A stretch of 46,160 nucleotides of DNA from Akkermansia muciniphila (lineage in GTDB: Bacteria; Verrucomicrobiota; Verrucomicrobiia; Limisphaerales; UBA9464), in the NCBI GenBank assembly GCA_945860685.1, contig CAMASJ010000003.1, forward strand, positions 1 to 46,160. Reading direction: 5' to 3'. Both the position numbers and the translations under genes were made by a program. Below the pieces are notes generated by a model that made no database searches, was not told where the DNA came from, and saw only the letters and a list, made by a program, of their open reading frames with translations. Positions 20,455 to 29,357 of this stretch are shown here, piece by piece. Position 1 is the first letter of the stretch, and every line of letters starts with the position of its first letter.

Positions 20455-20478
20455 AAGGCCACCCTCGCGGGTGGCCCT
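20455..20478 (-). terminator. Hairpin / probable terminator downstream of the small basic ORF
   Basis: GGCCACCC-(GCGA loop on minus strand)-GGGTGGCC followed by TTCGTCATTT on the minus strand. Confidence 0.5.
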
Positions 20479-20496
20479 TGGACGGAACCGCCGGGC

Positions 20497-20601
20497 CTAC
20501 TTGGCCTTGGCGGTCTTCGCGACGCGCGCGGTTTCCTTCTTACGCTTGTTGTAGGCGTAACGGCGGCGGCGCTTCTGGATTTTGTTGGATTGTTGTCCCA
20601 T
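20497..20601 (-). CDS. Small highly basic protein, 34 aa (not in the ORF track)
   Basis: Reads MGQQSNKIQKRRRRYAYNKRKKETARVAKTAKAK-stop. Codons look like those of expressed genes (AAG, CGC/CGT, GCC). AT-rich upstream region and a hairpin downstream. Confidence 0.7.
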   Translation of the reverse strand: MGQQSNKIQKRRRRYAYNKRKKETARVAKTAKAK

Positions 20602-20646
20602 GGCTAAGATTTACTTTCGCAAATGTTGCAAGTCTTGAGTCGGAAG

Positions 20647-21345
20647 ATGCGTCGTGCCAGCGGCTGCATCAACCACTTTCTCCTCGGGTGGGCCGCAGTG
20701 GGGCTGCTCGCGACGGGATGCTCTTCGACGCCCGCGGAGAAGCAAAGCAAGGCGGAAAAGAAGGACCTGGCCCAGGTGCGGGTGTATCGGGAAGCCAAGG
20801 ACTTCTCCGGCCGCGCTGCGGAAGCCGGCAGCCTCGGCACCAGCAAGGCGACGGTCGGGCGATCCGACCCGGCCGAATTGACGGTCCTCCGTGAGTCCTT
20901 CCTCGACGAACGGGACATCAAGCGCGCCCAACTCGTCGAACAGGGCGACAACGGCTTCATGATCGGCCTGGAGTTCACCGCCCACGGCAGCCTGGTGCTC
21001 CAGATGAACTCTCTCGCCGTCCAAGGCCAGCACCTGGTGGTCGCTGCGCGTTGGTCGGACGGCACCAATGTGATGGGACGGTTCATCGCCGCCCCGATCA
21101 TCCGACGCCAACTGGACAAGGGATTCCTGGTCTTCACCCCCGACATGAACCGGGAAGAGGCCACACGGTTCGTGCGGGGTCTCAACAACGTGGCCGTCAA
21201 GCTGGAGAACCAGCCCAAGCCGGTGGATGAGATGAAGGCGAAGAAGGCCGCGGAAAAGGCGGCGAAGAAGCAGAAGAAGCAGGAGTCCGAGAGGCCTTCC
21301 AGCACCTTCAAGAGGGACTTCGACCCGTTCCTGCCCCAGCCCTAG
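20647..21345 (+). CDS. Lipoprotein with a SecDF P1-head-like domain
   Basis: Lipobox LLATG-C. Pattern LDERDIKRAQLVE..IGLEFTAHG..GQHLVV..IAAPII..LVFTP..EEATRFVRGLN resembles a SecD P1 head (by eye). Lys-rich tail. Confidence 0.65.
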   Translation: MRRASGCINHFLLGWAAVGLLATGCSSTPAEKQSKAEKKDLAQVRVYREAKDFSGRAAEAGSLGTSKATVGRSDPAELTVLRESFLDERDIKRAQLVEQGDNGFMIGLEFTAHGSLVLQMNSLAVQGQHLVVAARWSDGTNVMGRFIAAPIIRRQLDKGFLVFTPDMNREEATRFVRGLNNVAVKLENQPKPVDEMKAKKAAEKAAKKQKKQESERPSSTFKRDFDPFLPQP

Positions 21346-22361
21346 TGAACCTCAGACGCATCGCCCTCCTGGCGCTGCTCCTGGTCCCGGGAGTCGGTCG
21401 CCTTTTCGCCCAACCGTTCCAGCTGCCTACCGCCAACCGTGCGGTCCTCGACCCGGATGGCGGACAGGAACGCTATTTCGTCGGCACCGTGGGGAAGCCT
21501 TGGACCAGCGGACGGTTTGGATGCGTCCGGACCGACGGGTTCCAGCTCCATGAAGGCGTCGACATCCGGCCCTTGGACCGGGATCGGCGTGGCGAACCGA
21601 CCGATCCGGCCCGCTGCGCCGCCGAAGGTGTGGTGGCCTATGTGAACACCAAGCCGTCCCTCTCGAACTACGGCAACTACGTGGTGGTGCGGCACAAGGT
21701 CGACCAGTTGGAGGTCTTCACCCTCTATGCCCACCTCGCCTCGGTGAAGGCGGGGATCAAGGCCGGGACCCCGATGCAGCCCGGCGACGTCCTGGGTGTC
21801 ATGGGCCGGACTTCCAACACCCGCCAACGCATCACCACCGACCGGGCCCATCTCCATTTCGAGATCCTCTTGATGGCCAATTCCCGCTATGCCGAATGGC
21901 ACCGCGCGGCCCTGAAGGGAACTCGGAACGATCACGGTGACTTCAACGGCCGCAACCTGATGGGAATCGATCCCGTGGAGGTCTACCGCATTCAGGCCAA
22001 GGTCGGTGCCGACTACGATCTCGTGCGGCATCTGGGCGGGATACCCGAGCTGTGCCGGGTGTTGCTGCGCCAACCGAATCCCGACTGGGTCCGGCGCAAC
22101 CGCGGCGCGGTTCGTCCCAACCCCAAGGCCGAACGCGACGGCATCGCCGGATGGGAATTGGCCCTCGGTTTCAACGGAGTCCCGCTCCACGCGACTCCGA
22201 GGAGCCGAAAAGAACTCGAGGGCTCGCGTCGAAACGCCCTCTTGACCGTCAATCCCGCGGTGGCCGCCGCCCATCCCTGCGGCAAGATCGTGGTCCGCCG
22301 CGAAGAATCCTGGGAACTCACCAACAAGGGTTCCCAACTCCTCGAACTGCTGTCGTACTGA
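21345..22361 (+). CDS. M23 family metallopeptidase, secreted
   Basis: HEGVDI (HxxxD), YGNYVVVRH, YAHL, HLHFEI (HxH); signal peptide; GTG start overlaps the upstream stop. Confidence 0.92.
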   Translation: MNLRRIALLALLLVPGVGRLFAQPFQLPTANRAVLDPDGGQERYFVGTVGKPWTSGRFGCVRTDGFQLHEGVDIRPLDRDRRGEPTDPARCAAEGVVAYVNTKPSLSNYGNYVVVRHKVDQLEVFTLYAHLASVKAGIKAGTPMQPGDVLGVMGRTSNTRQRITTDRAHLHFEILLMANSRYAEWHRAALKGTRNDHGDFNGRNLMGIDPVEVYRIQAKVGADYDLVRHLGGIPELCRVLLRQPNPDWVRRNRGAVRPNPKAERDGIAGWELALGFNGVPLHATPRSRKELEGSRRNALLTVNPAVAAAHPCGKIVVRREESWELTNKGSQLLELLSY

Positions 22362-22433
22362 CGCCGTCCGGTCGACCGACTTCCTGCGGCTACCGCCGCG
22401 GATCACGGTTGGACCTCGATTCCTCCAAGCCGA

Positions 22434-23522
22434 TCAGCCGCACGTCTCTTCCAACGTTTCCGCGGACGTTTCCGAAGCGACGTTCGGGACGGGCACGAGG
22501 TCCATCGGCCGCTCGTGGTCCAGGTGGTCGTTGCAGGCGGTGAAGAACTCGTCCCGGGTCGTGGCCCGCCGGATCCGATGGAGGAAGTCGGGGCCGATGC
22601 CGTCCCCGACGAAGTTCATGTACTTCTTCATCTTCTCCACCTGCAACCGCTCTCGGAAACCCGCCGTCGGCTGGGTCGCTTCGTAGAGTCTCCGGACGTA
22701 GTCCAAGACCTCCTGTCCGGTGGGGCGACGGAACCCGCGGCCGGCCCGATGTTCCCGGATCTGCCCGAAGATCCATGGGTTCCGAATGCAGCCGCGGCCG
22801 ATCATCAGTCCCCGCGCGCCGGTTTCGGCAAGCACCTGTTCGGCTCGGCCAGGCGAATAGACGTTTCCGTTGGCGAGCACGGGACAACCCAAGGCCTCCA
22901 CCGCACGACGGATGAACCCATAGCGGACCTCCGAACGGTACATCTCGCGGACGGTGCGACCATGAACGGTCAGGAGGTCGACCCGATGGCGGGCGACGAT
23001 CTCCAGCAACGTCTCGAACACCTCTGTGTCGTCGAACCCGATGCGCGTCTTCACGGTGAAGGCCACGTCGGTGACGGCCTGCCTCATGGCACCGAGGATG
23101 CGGTCGATGCGTTCCGGTTCGCGGAGGAGTCCTCCGCCGGCGCACTTGCGATAGACCACCGGCGCCGGGCATCCGAGGTTGAGGTCCACCGCCACCACCG
23201 GATGTCCCTGGAGTTCCGAAGCCGCCTTGGCGAGCGCTTCGGCGTCGTTGCCGATCAGTTGTGCAATCGCCGGCCTGCCGGTGGGGTTCTCCTGGATCGC
23301 CTTGAGGACCGCCCGGTCGATGTTGCTGGTGGAATGCACCCGGCTGTACTCGGTCCAATAGATGTCCGGACCGCCATACTGCGAAAGCAACCGCCAGAAC
23401 GGGAGGTCGGTGACGTCCTGCATGGGGGCCAATGCGAGGACCGGTTCCCCGCTGTTCAAGGCCTGTTCCAAGGCCCGGGAACGGGCAGGCAACCGCCATA
23501 TGGAGGGCGGTTCTGCGCCCAT
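22434..23522 (-). CDS. tRNA-dihydrouridine synthase (Dus family)
   Basis: LALAPMQDVTD, QLIGND, DLNLGCPAP..AGGGLL, TVKTRIG, VHGRT, ANGNV, GLMIGRG. Start uncertain. Confidence 0.92.
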   Translation of the reverse strand: MGAEPPSIWRLPARSRALEQALNSGEPVLALAPMQDVTDLPFWRLLSQYGGPDIYWTEYSRVHSTSNIDRAVLKAIQENPTGRPAIAQLIGNDAEALAKAASELQGHPVVAVDLNLGCPAPVVYRKCAGGGLLREPERIDRILGAMRQAVTDVAFTVKTRIGFDDTEVFETLLEIVARHRVDLLTVHGRTVREMYRSEVRYGFIRRAVEALGCPVLANGNVYSPGRAEQVLAETGARGLMIGRGCIRNPWIFGQIREHRAGRGFRRPTGQEVLDYVRRLYEATQPTAGFRERLQVEKMKKYMNFVGDGIGPDFLHRIRRATTRDEFFTACNDHLDHERPMDLVPVPNVASETSAETLEETCG

Positions 23523-23609
23523 CGCGCCCCCTGCCCCGACGTTCTGAACCGCTCCGGGGCTTGTGTCGGATGAAAATATGGCCATGCTCGCGCTTTCGTT
23601 TCCGTACCT

Positions 23610-24632
23610 ATGGCTAAAGTCTACACCGACAAGGACGCCGACCTGAGCGTCTTCAAAGACAAAACCCTCGCCGTCCTCGGCTTCGGCTCCCAGGGCCACG
23701 CCCATGCGCTGAACCTCAAGGAATCGGGGCTCAACGTCATCATCGGACTCTACGAGGGGTCCAAGTCGATCAAGGTCGCCCGTGAAAAGGGCTTCGAGGT
23801 CGTCTCGAGCGCCGACGCCGTCAAGCGCGCCGACGTGATCATGATCGCCCTTCCGGACACCAAGCAGGCGTCCGCCTACGAGAAGGACATCGCGCCCAAC
23901 CTGACCAAGGGCAAGACCCTGCTGTTCAGCCACGGCTTCTCGATCCACTACAAGACGATCGTCCCGCCGGCCGACGTGAACGTGATCCTGGTCGCCCCGA
24001 AGGGCCCCGGACACATCGTCCGCCGCCAGTACACCGAGGGCAAGGGCGTCCCCAGCCTGATCGCCGTCCACCAGAACCCGACCCGCACCGCGAAGAAGAT
24101 CGCGCTCGCCTGGGCCAAGGGCATCGGCGGCACCCGCGCCGGCGTCATCGAGACCTCCTTCAAGGAGGAGACCGAGACGGATCTCTTCGGCGAACAGACC
24201 GTCCTCTGCGGCGGCACCAGCGCGCTGGTGCAGGCTGGATTCGAGGTGCTCGTCGAGGCCGGCTACTCCCCGGAGATGGCCTACTTCGAGTGTCTGCATG
24301 AGCTGAAGCTGATCGTCGACCTCATGAACGAGGCCGGCATCGCCGGCATGCGGTTCTCGATCTCGGAGACCGCGAAGTGGGGCGACGTCACCGTCGGCCC
24401 CAAGATCATCGACGCTTCGGTCAAGAAGCGCATGAAGGCCGCGCTCAAGGACATCCAGTCCGGCAAGTTCGCCAAGGATTGGGTCGCCGAGTACAAGGGC
24501 GGCTACAAGAAGTACAACGCCCTGCTCGCCGCCGGTGAGAAGCACCCCATCGAGAAGACGGGCGCCAAGCTCCGCTCGATGATGCCTTGGATGCAGAAGC
24601 GCTCCATCAAGGGCGCCCAGGCCGCCTACTGA
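23610..24632 (+). CDS. ilvC: Ketol-acid reductoisomerase
   Basis: [62 protein letters not shown]. Confidence 0.98.
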   Translation: MAKVYTDKDADLSVFKDKTLAVLGFGSQGHAHALNLKESGLNVIIGLYEGSKSIKVAREKGFEVVSSADAVKRADVIMIALPDTKQASAYEKDIAPNLTKGKTLLFSHGFSIHYKTIVPPADVNVILVAPKGPGHIVRRQYTEGKGVPSLIAVHQNPTRTAKKIALAWAKGIGGTRAGVIETSFKEETETDLFGEQTVLCGGTSALVQAGFEVLVEAGYSPEMAYFECLHELKLIVDLMNEAGIAGMRFSISETAKWGDVTVGPKIIDASVKKRMKAALKDIQSGKFAKDWVAEYKGGYKKYNALLAAGEKHPIEKTGAKLRSMMPWMQKRSIKGAQAAY

Positions 24633-24651
24633 GCCGTCTGCAATCCGATCC

Positions 24652-24692
24652 AAACCGCCGGTGGACCCCAGGTCCCCGGCGGTTTTGCTTTT
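24652..24692 (+). terminator. Rho-independent terminator after ilvC
   Basis: AAACCGCCGG..GGACC-CCA-GGTCC..CCGGCGGTTT followed by TGCTTTT. Confidence 0.75.
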
Positions 24693-24725
24693 CCCCGCGG
24701 ACGCCGACGATGCGAATGTCCCCCC

Positions 24726-26015
24726 ATGCGGACGCTCCACCTCGACATCTTCAGCGGCATCAGCGGCGACATGTTCCTCGGAGCCCTGCTCGACCTCGGG
24801 ATTCCCTTCCCCGAACTCCGTCGGCAACTGGATCTCCTCGGCCTCGGCGGCTTCCATCTCCACGCCCAACGTCGGCACAAGTCGTCCATCGAAGGGGTCA
24901 AATTCGACGTCCACCTCGAATCCGACGGACACACCTGCGCCGAACCCGGCCATGATCATGCCCACGATCAGGATCACGCCCACGCCCACGCCGATGCCCA
25001 CGGCCATGGACACGATCACGGGGATTCGCGCGACTTCGCCGGAATCCGGGAACTGATCTCCCGCAGCCCGCTCTCGGACTGGGTGAAGGAGCGATCGATC
25101 TCGATGTTCCACCGAGTGGCCGTGGCCGAAGGCAAGATCCACGGTTTGCCCCCGGAAAAGGTCCACTTCCATGAGGTCGGTGCCGTGGACTCCATCGTGG
25201 ACATCGTCGGCGCCGCGATCGCGCTCGAGCTGCTCGGACGTCCGCGCGTGCGCAGCGGCCCCGTGGTGGAAGGCACCGGCTTCGTCCGTTGCGCCCACGG
25301 TCGCTTCCCGATCCCGACTGCGGCGACCCTGGAAATCCTCGGCGCCCGCGGTGTCGGCTTGAGCCAGTGCGAGGAACCGCACGAACTGGTCACGCCCACC
25401 GGGGCGGCGATCCTGGCGGAGTTCGCGGAATCCTTCGGTCCGATGGACGGCTTGGTCGCGAGCCGCGTCGGCTACGGCCTCGGCACGCGGGACAACAAGA
25501 CCCGGCCGAACGTGCTCCGGGCGGTCCTGAGCGAAGGTGACGCCGTGGAACACGACTGGGAGACCGACACCGTGACGGTACTCGAGACCAACCTCGACGA
25601 CGTCTCGGCGGAGATCCTGGGACACGTCCTGGAGAAGTCGCTGCGGATGGGGGCGTTGGATGCCTTCCACACGCCGGTCCAGATGAAGAAGCAACGGCCG
25701 GGAGTCCTGCTCACCCTGCTGTGCGAACCCGCCGACGCCGACCGCTTCACCGAACTTCTCCTGACCGAGACCACCGCGTTCGGAGTCCGGAGGACCCGTG
25801 CCGAGCGCCGCAAGCTCCGCCGGGACTTCGTCGACGTGAAGACGCCGTTCGGCACGGTAAAGGTGAAGCTGGGACACCTGGACGGCCGGGTGGTTCAGGC
25901 GGCACCGGAGTTCGAATCGTGTCGCAGCGTGGCGGCCATGGCGGGAGTCCCGGTGAAGGAAGTCTTCGACGCCGCACGCCGCGCCCCGATTCCGGGAGCC
26001 TCTCCTACCCCATGA
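24726..26015 (+). CDS. larC: Nickel-pincer cofactor biosynthesis protein LarC (DUF111)
   Basis: SGISGDMFLGALLDLG, His-rich segment, AEGKIHG..VHFHEVGAVDSIVDIVG, ELVTPTGAA, ETNLDD, MKKQRPG, ETTAFGVR, PEFESC. Confidence 0.93.
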   Translation: MRTLHLDIFSGISGDMFLGALLDLGIPFPELRRQLDLLGLGGFHLHAQRRHKSSIEGVKFDVHLESDGHTCAEPGHDHAHDQDHAHAHADAHGHGHDHGDSRDFAGIRELISRSPLSDWVKERSISMFHRVAVAEGKIHGLPPEKVHFHEVGAVDSIVDIVGAAIALELLGRPRVRSGPVVEGTGFVRCAHGRFPIPTAATLEILGARGVGLSQCEEPHELVTPTGAAILAEFAESFGPMDGLVASRVGYGLGTRDNKTRPNVLRAVLSEGDAVEHDWETDTVTVLETNLDDVSAEILGHVLEKSLRMGALDAFHTPVQMKKQRPGVLLTLLCEPADADRFTELLLTETTAFGVRRTRAERRKLRRDFVDVKTPFGTVKVKLGHLDGRVVQAAPEFESCRSVAAMAGVPVKEVFDAARRAPIPGASPTP

Positions 26016-26916
26016 ACGGCCGCATCTCGTCGAGCACCTTGGGAATCGTCGCAAACGGATCCTCCGGGAACTCGTACTCGAGGGTGACGAAGCCCTGGTA
26101 GCCGGCTTCCCTCAGGATCTTGAACGTCCGGGCGTAGTCCGCCTTGTGGGCGGTCTTCCGGGAGGCAGGGCGGACCTTGCCCTTGAACTGCACGTTGACC
26201 GCCCACGGGGCACACAGGGCGAGTTCGGCATAGGGGTCTTCGGAGTAGAAATTCCCGGTGTCGAGGTTGATGCCGACCCACGGGCTCTTCACCGCCTGGA
26301 CGATCCGGAGCAGGTTGGCGGAGTCCTTCACGATCCCGCCGTGGTTCTCGATGCCGAGGAAGATCCCCGCCTTCCCGGCCGCTTCACCGCACTCCTCCAG
26401 GGCTGCGATGGTGAGCCGAATGGCTTCCTCCTCCGAGGTTCCATGGACGTTGCCCGCGAAGACGCGGATGTGCGGGACCCCAAGCAGCGCCGCCCGGCGG
26501 ATCCATTCCTTCACCGAGGCAATCGTTTCCGCGCGCTTCGGTCCCGGCGGATGGCAGAAGTCGTTGCCCACCGCGGTGCCGCAGATGGTGACTCCACGCA
26601 GATGGGCATGACGGCGGATATTCAGCAGCTCGGCGTCATCAACGGCCTGCGGAAAGTAATAGCTCGTCAGCTCCGCCCCCTCGCAGCGGTGTTCCACGCA
26701 GTAGTCGAGGAAACGGTACATCGTCATCCGAGCAGGCTCGCCATTTTTCTCCGGCTTGAACTGGTCCCGGAATCCGTAGGCGGCCAAGCCCAACCGCAGC
26801 CTCGGGGTGGAAGACCGAGCAAACGGCTCCGCCGCCAGCAGCGGCCTGGCCGCCAAAGTCCCCAAGGCGAACGTACCGGTCCCAAGGAACCCGCGACGGG
26901 AATAGGAGGGAATCAC
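26005..26916 (-). CDS. Tat-exported sugar phosphate isomerase/epimerase (TIM barrel)
   Basis: Twin-arginine SRRGFLG; ELTSYYF, IRVFAG, IENHGG, NLDTGNF, LEYE. Confidence 0.88.
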   Translation of the reverse strand: MIPSYSRRGFLGTGTFALGTLAARPLLAAEPFARSSTPRLRLGLAAYGFRDQFKPEKNGEPARMTMYRFLDYCVEHRCEGAELTSYYFPQAVDDAELLNIRRHAHLRGVTICGTAVGNDFCHPPGPKRAETIASVKEWIRRAALLGVPHIRVFAGNVHGTSEEEAIRLTIAALEECGEAAGKAGIFLGIENHGGIVKDSANLLRIVQAVKSPWVGINLDTGNFYSEDPYAELALCAPWAVNVQFKGKVRPASRKTAHKADYARTFKILREAGYQGFVTLEYEFPEDPFATIPKVLDEMRPFMG

Positions 26917-26926
26917 AGACCGGAAT

Positions 26927-27619
26927 CTACGGGGCGGCCGTCTTCGCGGGCAAGACAGGCTTCTCGGACGCACCGGAGACGGACGCTTCCTTGAGGATCG
27001 GTCCGACCACCGACCAGACATTCGTCGCAACCCGGCGGTGTCCCTCGGCGTTCGGATGGATCTGGTCGGCTTGGTTGTACTCGGGCCGCCCCCCAACACC
27101 TTCGAGCAGGAACGGGATCAACACCGCACCATTGGTGGCCGCGAGGGACGGGAAAAGGCCCTCGAACCGCTCCAGGTAGTCCGCGCCCATGTTCGCCGGC
27201 AGACGCATCCCGGCGACCACGATCCGAACACCCGGCCAACGCGCCCGGGTCCTGTCGATCACCGCCTGCAGATTCGTCCGCGTTGCTTCAACCGAAAGCC
27301 CGCGAAGGCCGTCGTTCGCTCCCAGTTCAAGCACCAGCGCACCCACCGGCCGACGCAGAAGCCATTCCAGCCGACGCAGACCACCCGCGCTGGTGTCCCC
27401 GCTGACCCCCGCATTCACCACCGCCCAGTCGAGGCCTTCCGCGCGGATCCTCTCCTGCAGGACCGAGGGCCACGCCTCCGGCAGATCGACGCCGTAGCCG
27501 GCCGAAAGGCTGTCTCCGAGGACGACCAGAGTCCTCGACGCCGGCGGCACGGGCGCGGCGGCCTGTAGGAGGCCCACCCAGAGGATGGCGGCGAAGAATG
27601 CCCGGAGATGTCGGCTCAT
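26927..27619 (-). CDS. tesA: GDSL/SGNH arylesterase (TesA-like)
   Basis: LGDSLSAGYG, NAGVSGDTSAGGL, ELGANDGLRG, QADQIHPN; signal peptide. Confidence 0.9.
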   Translation of the reverse strand: MSRHLRAFFAAILWVGLLQAAAPVPPASRTLVVLGDSLSAGYGVDLPEAWPSVLQERIRAEGLDWAVVNAGVSGDTSAGGLRRLEWLLRRPVGALVLELGANDGLRGLSVEATRTNLQAVIDRTRARWPGVRIVVAGMRLPANMGADYLERFEGLFPSLAATNGAVLIPFLLEGVGGRPEYNQADQIHPNAEGHRRVATNVWSVVGPILKEASVSGASEKPVLPAKTAAP

Positions 27620-27663
27620 GTTGGAACGATCGGCCCGAACGGTCGGACAAAGCGAATCCAAGG

Positions 27664-27978
27664 TCAGGCCGCGGTCTCGGCCGCAGCGGCCGGTTTGGGC
27701 CGGTACAACACCACCACGTGGCCGATCACCGTCACCAGATGGCTGCCGGTCTTCTGGGCCAACTGCTCGGCGACTTCATGGCGTTGGTCCTTCAGCTCGT
27801 AGAGCCGCACCTTGACGAGCTCGTGCAGGGCGAGCTCCCGGTCCAAGCCGGCGAGGAACTCAGGGGAAACCCCGCCTTTTCCCAGACGGGTGACGGCTTC
27901 AAGGCGCTGGGCGCGTCCACGGAGCTTGCGGAGTTCGGCGCCGCCAATGCGGCCCGGTGTGGTTGTTGGATCACTCAT
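27664..27978 (-). CDS. yhbY: YhbY/CRM RNA-binding protein
   Basis: LRKLRGRAQRLEAV..LGKGG, HELVKV, IGHVVVLYR. Confidence 0.9.
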   Translation of the reverse strand: MSDPTTTPGRIGGAELRKLRGRAQRLEAVTRLGKGGVSPEFLAGLDRELALHELVKVRLYELKDQRHEVAEQLAQKTGSHLVTVIGHVVVLYRPKPAAAAETAA

Positions 27979-27987
27979 GTCTCTGAT

Positions 27988-28473
27988 TCAAAGCGTTCGG
28001 ATCTTCGCGACGATTCCGGTGGTGGAACGGCCCTGCAGGAATGGAATGAAGACGATGCGTCCTCCGCCTGATTCCACCGCGCGTCGCTCTTCCTGGTCGA
28101 GGGTCTCCAGGGTGTAGTCGCCGCCCTTCACGTAGATGTCCGGCGTGCTGGCCGAAAGGAAACGCACGGCACGCTTCTCCGGGAACACCACCACCGCTCC
28201 GACACATTCCAGCGCGGCTAGTACCCGCGCGCGATCTTCCTCCGGATTCAGGGGACGGCTCGGTCCCTTCAATTGCCGCACCGAATCGTCTCCGTTCAGC
28301 CCCACCAGTAGGACATCCCCTTCCGACCTTGCGGATTCAAGGTAGGCGACGTGCCCGGCATGCAGCAGATCAAAGCAGCCGTTGGTCACCACGACCCTTC
28401 GCCCCTCGACGCGCATCCTCTGCCTCCATGCCGAAAGGGTGTCGGCCGACAGGATCTTGGAACTCGTCTCCAT
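27988..28473 (-). CDS. rfaE2: D-glycero-beta-D-manno-heptose 1-phosphate adenylyltransferase (RfaE domain II)
   Basis: TNGCFDLLHAGH, GLNGDDSVRQLKGPSRP, YVKGGDY, STTGIV. Confidence 0.92.
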   Translation of the reverse strand: METSSKILSADTLSAWRQRMRVEGRRVVVTNGCFDLLHAGHVAYLESARSEGDVLLVGLNGDDSVRQLKGPSRPLNPEEDRARVLAALECVGAVVVFPEKRAVRFLSASTPDIYVKGGDYTLETLDQEERRAVESGGGRIVFIPFLQGRSTTGIVAKIRTL

Positions 28474-28522
28474 CTCGTGGGAACAGCGTGGAGGGCGAAC
28501 CGACGCCCGTCCACGGCGGAAC

Positions 28523-29311
28523 TCACCGGCCGGTCGACGAGTCCGGCGGGTTCAGTGTCTCTCCCGGCGCGGGTGGAATGGACTGGGTACCCTTGGAGGG
28601 CTCCTGCGGCCGTTCCACCGGGGCCACCTCCTCGGGCAGGACCACCACGGCGATCCGGCGGTTCCTCGCCCGCCCGTCGGGGGTGGCGTTCTCCGCCACC
28701 GGACGGAACTCCCCGAATCCGACTGCGGCAATCCGCTTGGGATCCACGCCTCCCTTCTCGACGAGACAACGCACCGCGGCCGTCGCCCGGCCCGCGGAGA
28801 GCGCCCAGTTGTCGGTGAAGCCGTCCGCGGTCCGGTTGCGGATCGGGACGTCATCGGTGTGGCCGGCCACCTGAACCTGACGGGACGGGTACTTTCCCAG
28901 CAACACGGCCACCTTCGCCAAGACCGCTTCGCCGTCGGGCTTGAGCCGGGCCTCGCCGGAATCGAAGAGCACCCGGTCGAGGATGTTCACGGTGAGTCGC
29001 CCCTGGAGTTCCGAGATGGTGACATCCTTGGATTCGAGGTCGGACCGGAACTGCTGTTCCATGGTGAGCCGGGCCTGAATCGAGGCCTCGACCTCCTCCT
29101 GAAGTGCGGCGGCCTCCGAGCGGATCCGCTCCAGCTCAGACGCCAGGTGCCGGTTGGTTTCGGACAAAGCGCTCGACTGCTCGGCCAGAGTCCGGAGACG
29201 GCCCAACGCCTCCTCCCGGGAAGCCACGGCGCCGCGGGCCTGGAGCCAGAAGAGCGCCAAGGCCAAGGCTCCGGAGAGGAAGGCGGCGATGATCCAGGTT
29301 TGCTTGGTCAC
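28523..29311 (-). CDS. OmpA/MotB-family peptidoglycan-binding protein with a TM anchor and coiled coil
   Basis: LFDSGEA, VAGHTDDVP, NWALSAGRA, GFGEFRP..NRRIAV. Start GTG 29311 is inferred. Confidence 0.88.
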   Translation of the reverse strand: MTKQTWIIAAFLSGALALALFWLQARGAVASREEALGRLRTLAEQSSALSETNRHLASELERIRSEAAALQEEVEASIQARLTMEQQFRSDLESKDVTISELQGRLTVNILDRVLFDSGEARLKPDGEAVLAKVAVLLGKYPSRQVQVAGHTDDVPIRNRTADGFTDNWALSAGRATAAVRCLVEKGGVDPKRIAAVGFGEFRPVAENATPDGRARNRRIAVVVLPEEVAPVERPQEPSKGTQSIPPAPGETLNPPDSSTGR

Positions 29312-29357
29312 GGAGGATGGCCTTGGAGACCGGAAGCGTTTCCGCACCGCAGGGAAT

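Noticed and set aside
20416-20607. 63-aa plus-strand ORF in the track
   Set aside because: It is antisense to the better-supported 34-aa basic ORF and runs through its terminator hairpin.
24945-25025. Short tandem CACGCC/CACGAT repeats as a possible array
   Set aside because: They encode the His-rich tract of LarC; no repeat-spacer structure. No CRISPR array was seen anywhere in the window.
22434-26054. 1206-aa minus-strand ORF that looks like a giant Dus fusion
   Set aside because: Only the last ~360 aa are Dus. The rest is the stop-free antisense shadow of ilvC and larC, typical of high-GC codon bias.
28523-29311. Flagellar stator MotB or Zorya ZorB
   Set aside because: No adjacent MotA/ZorA and no conserved TM Asp motif; a generic OmpA-domain protein.
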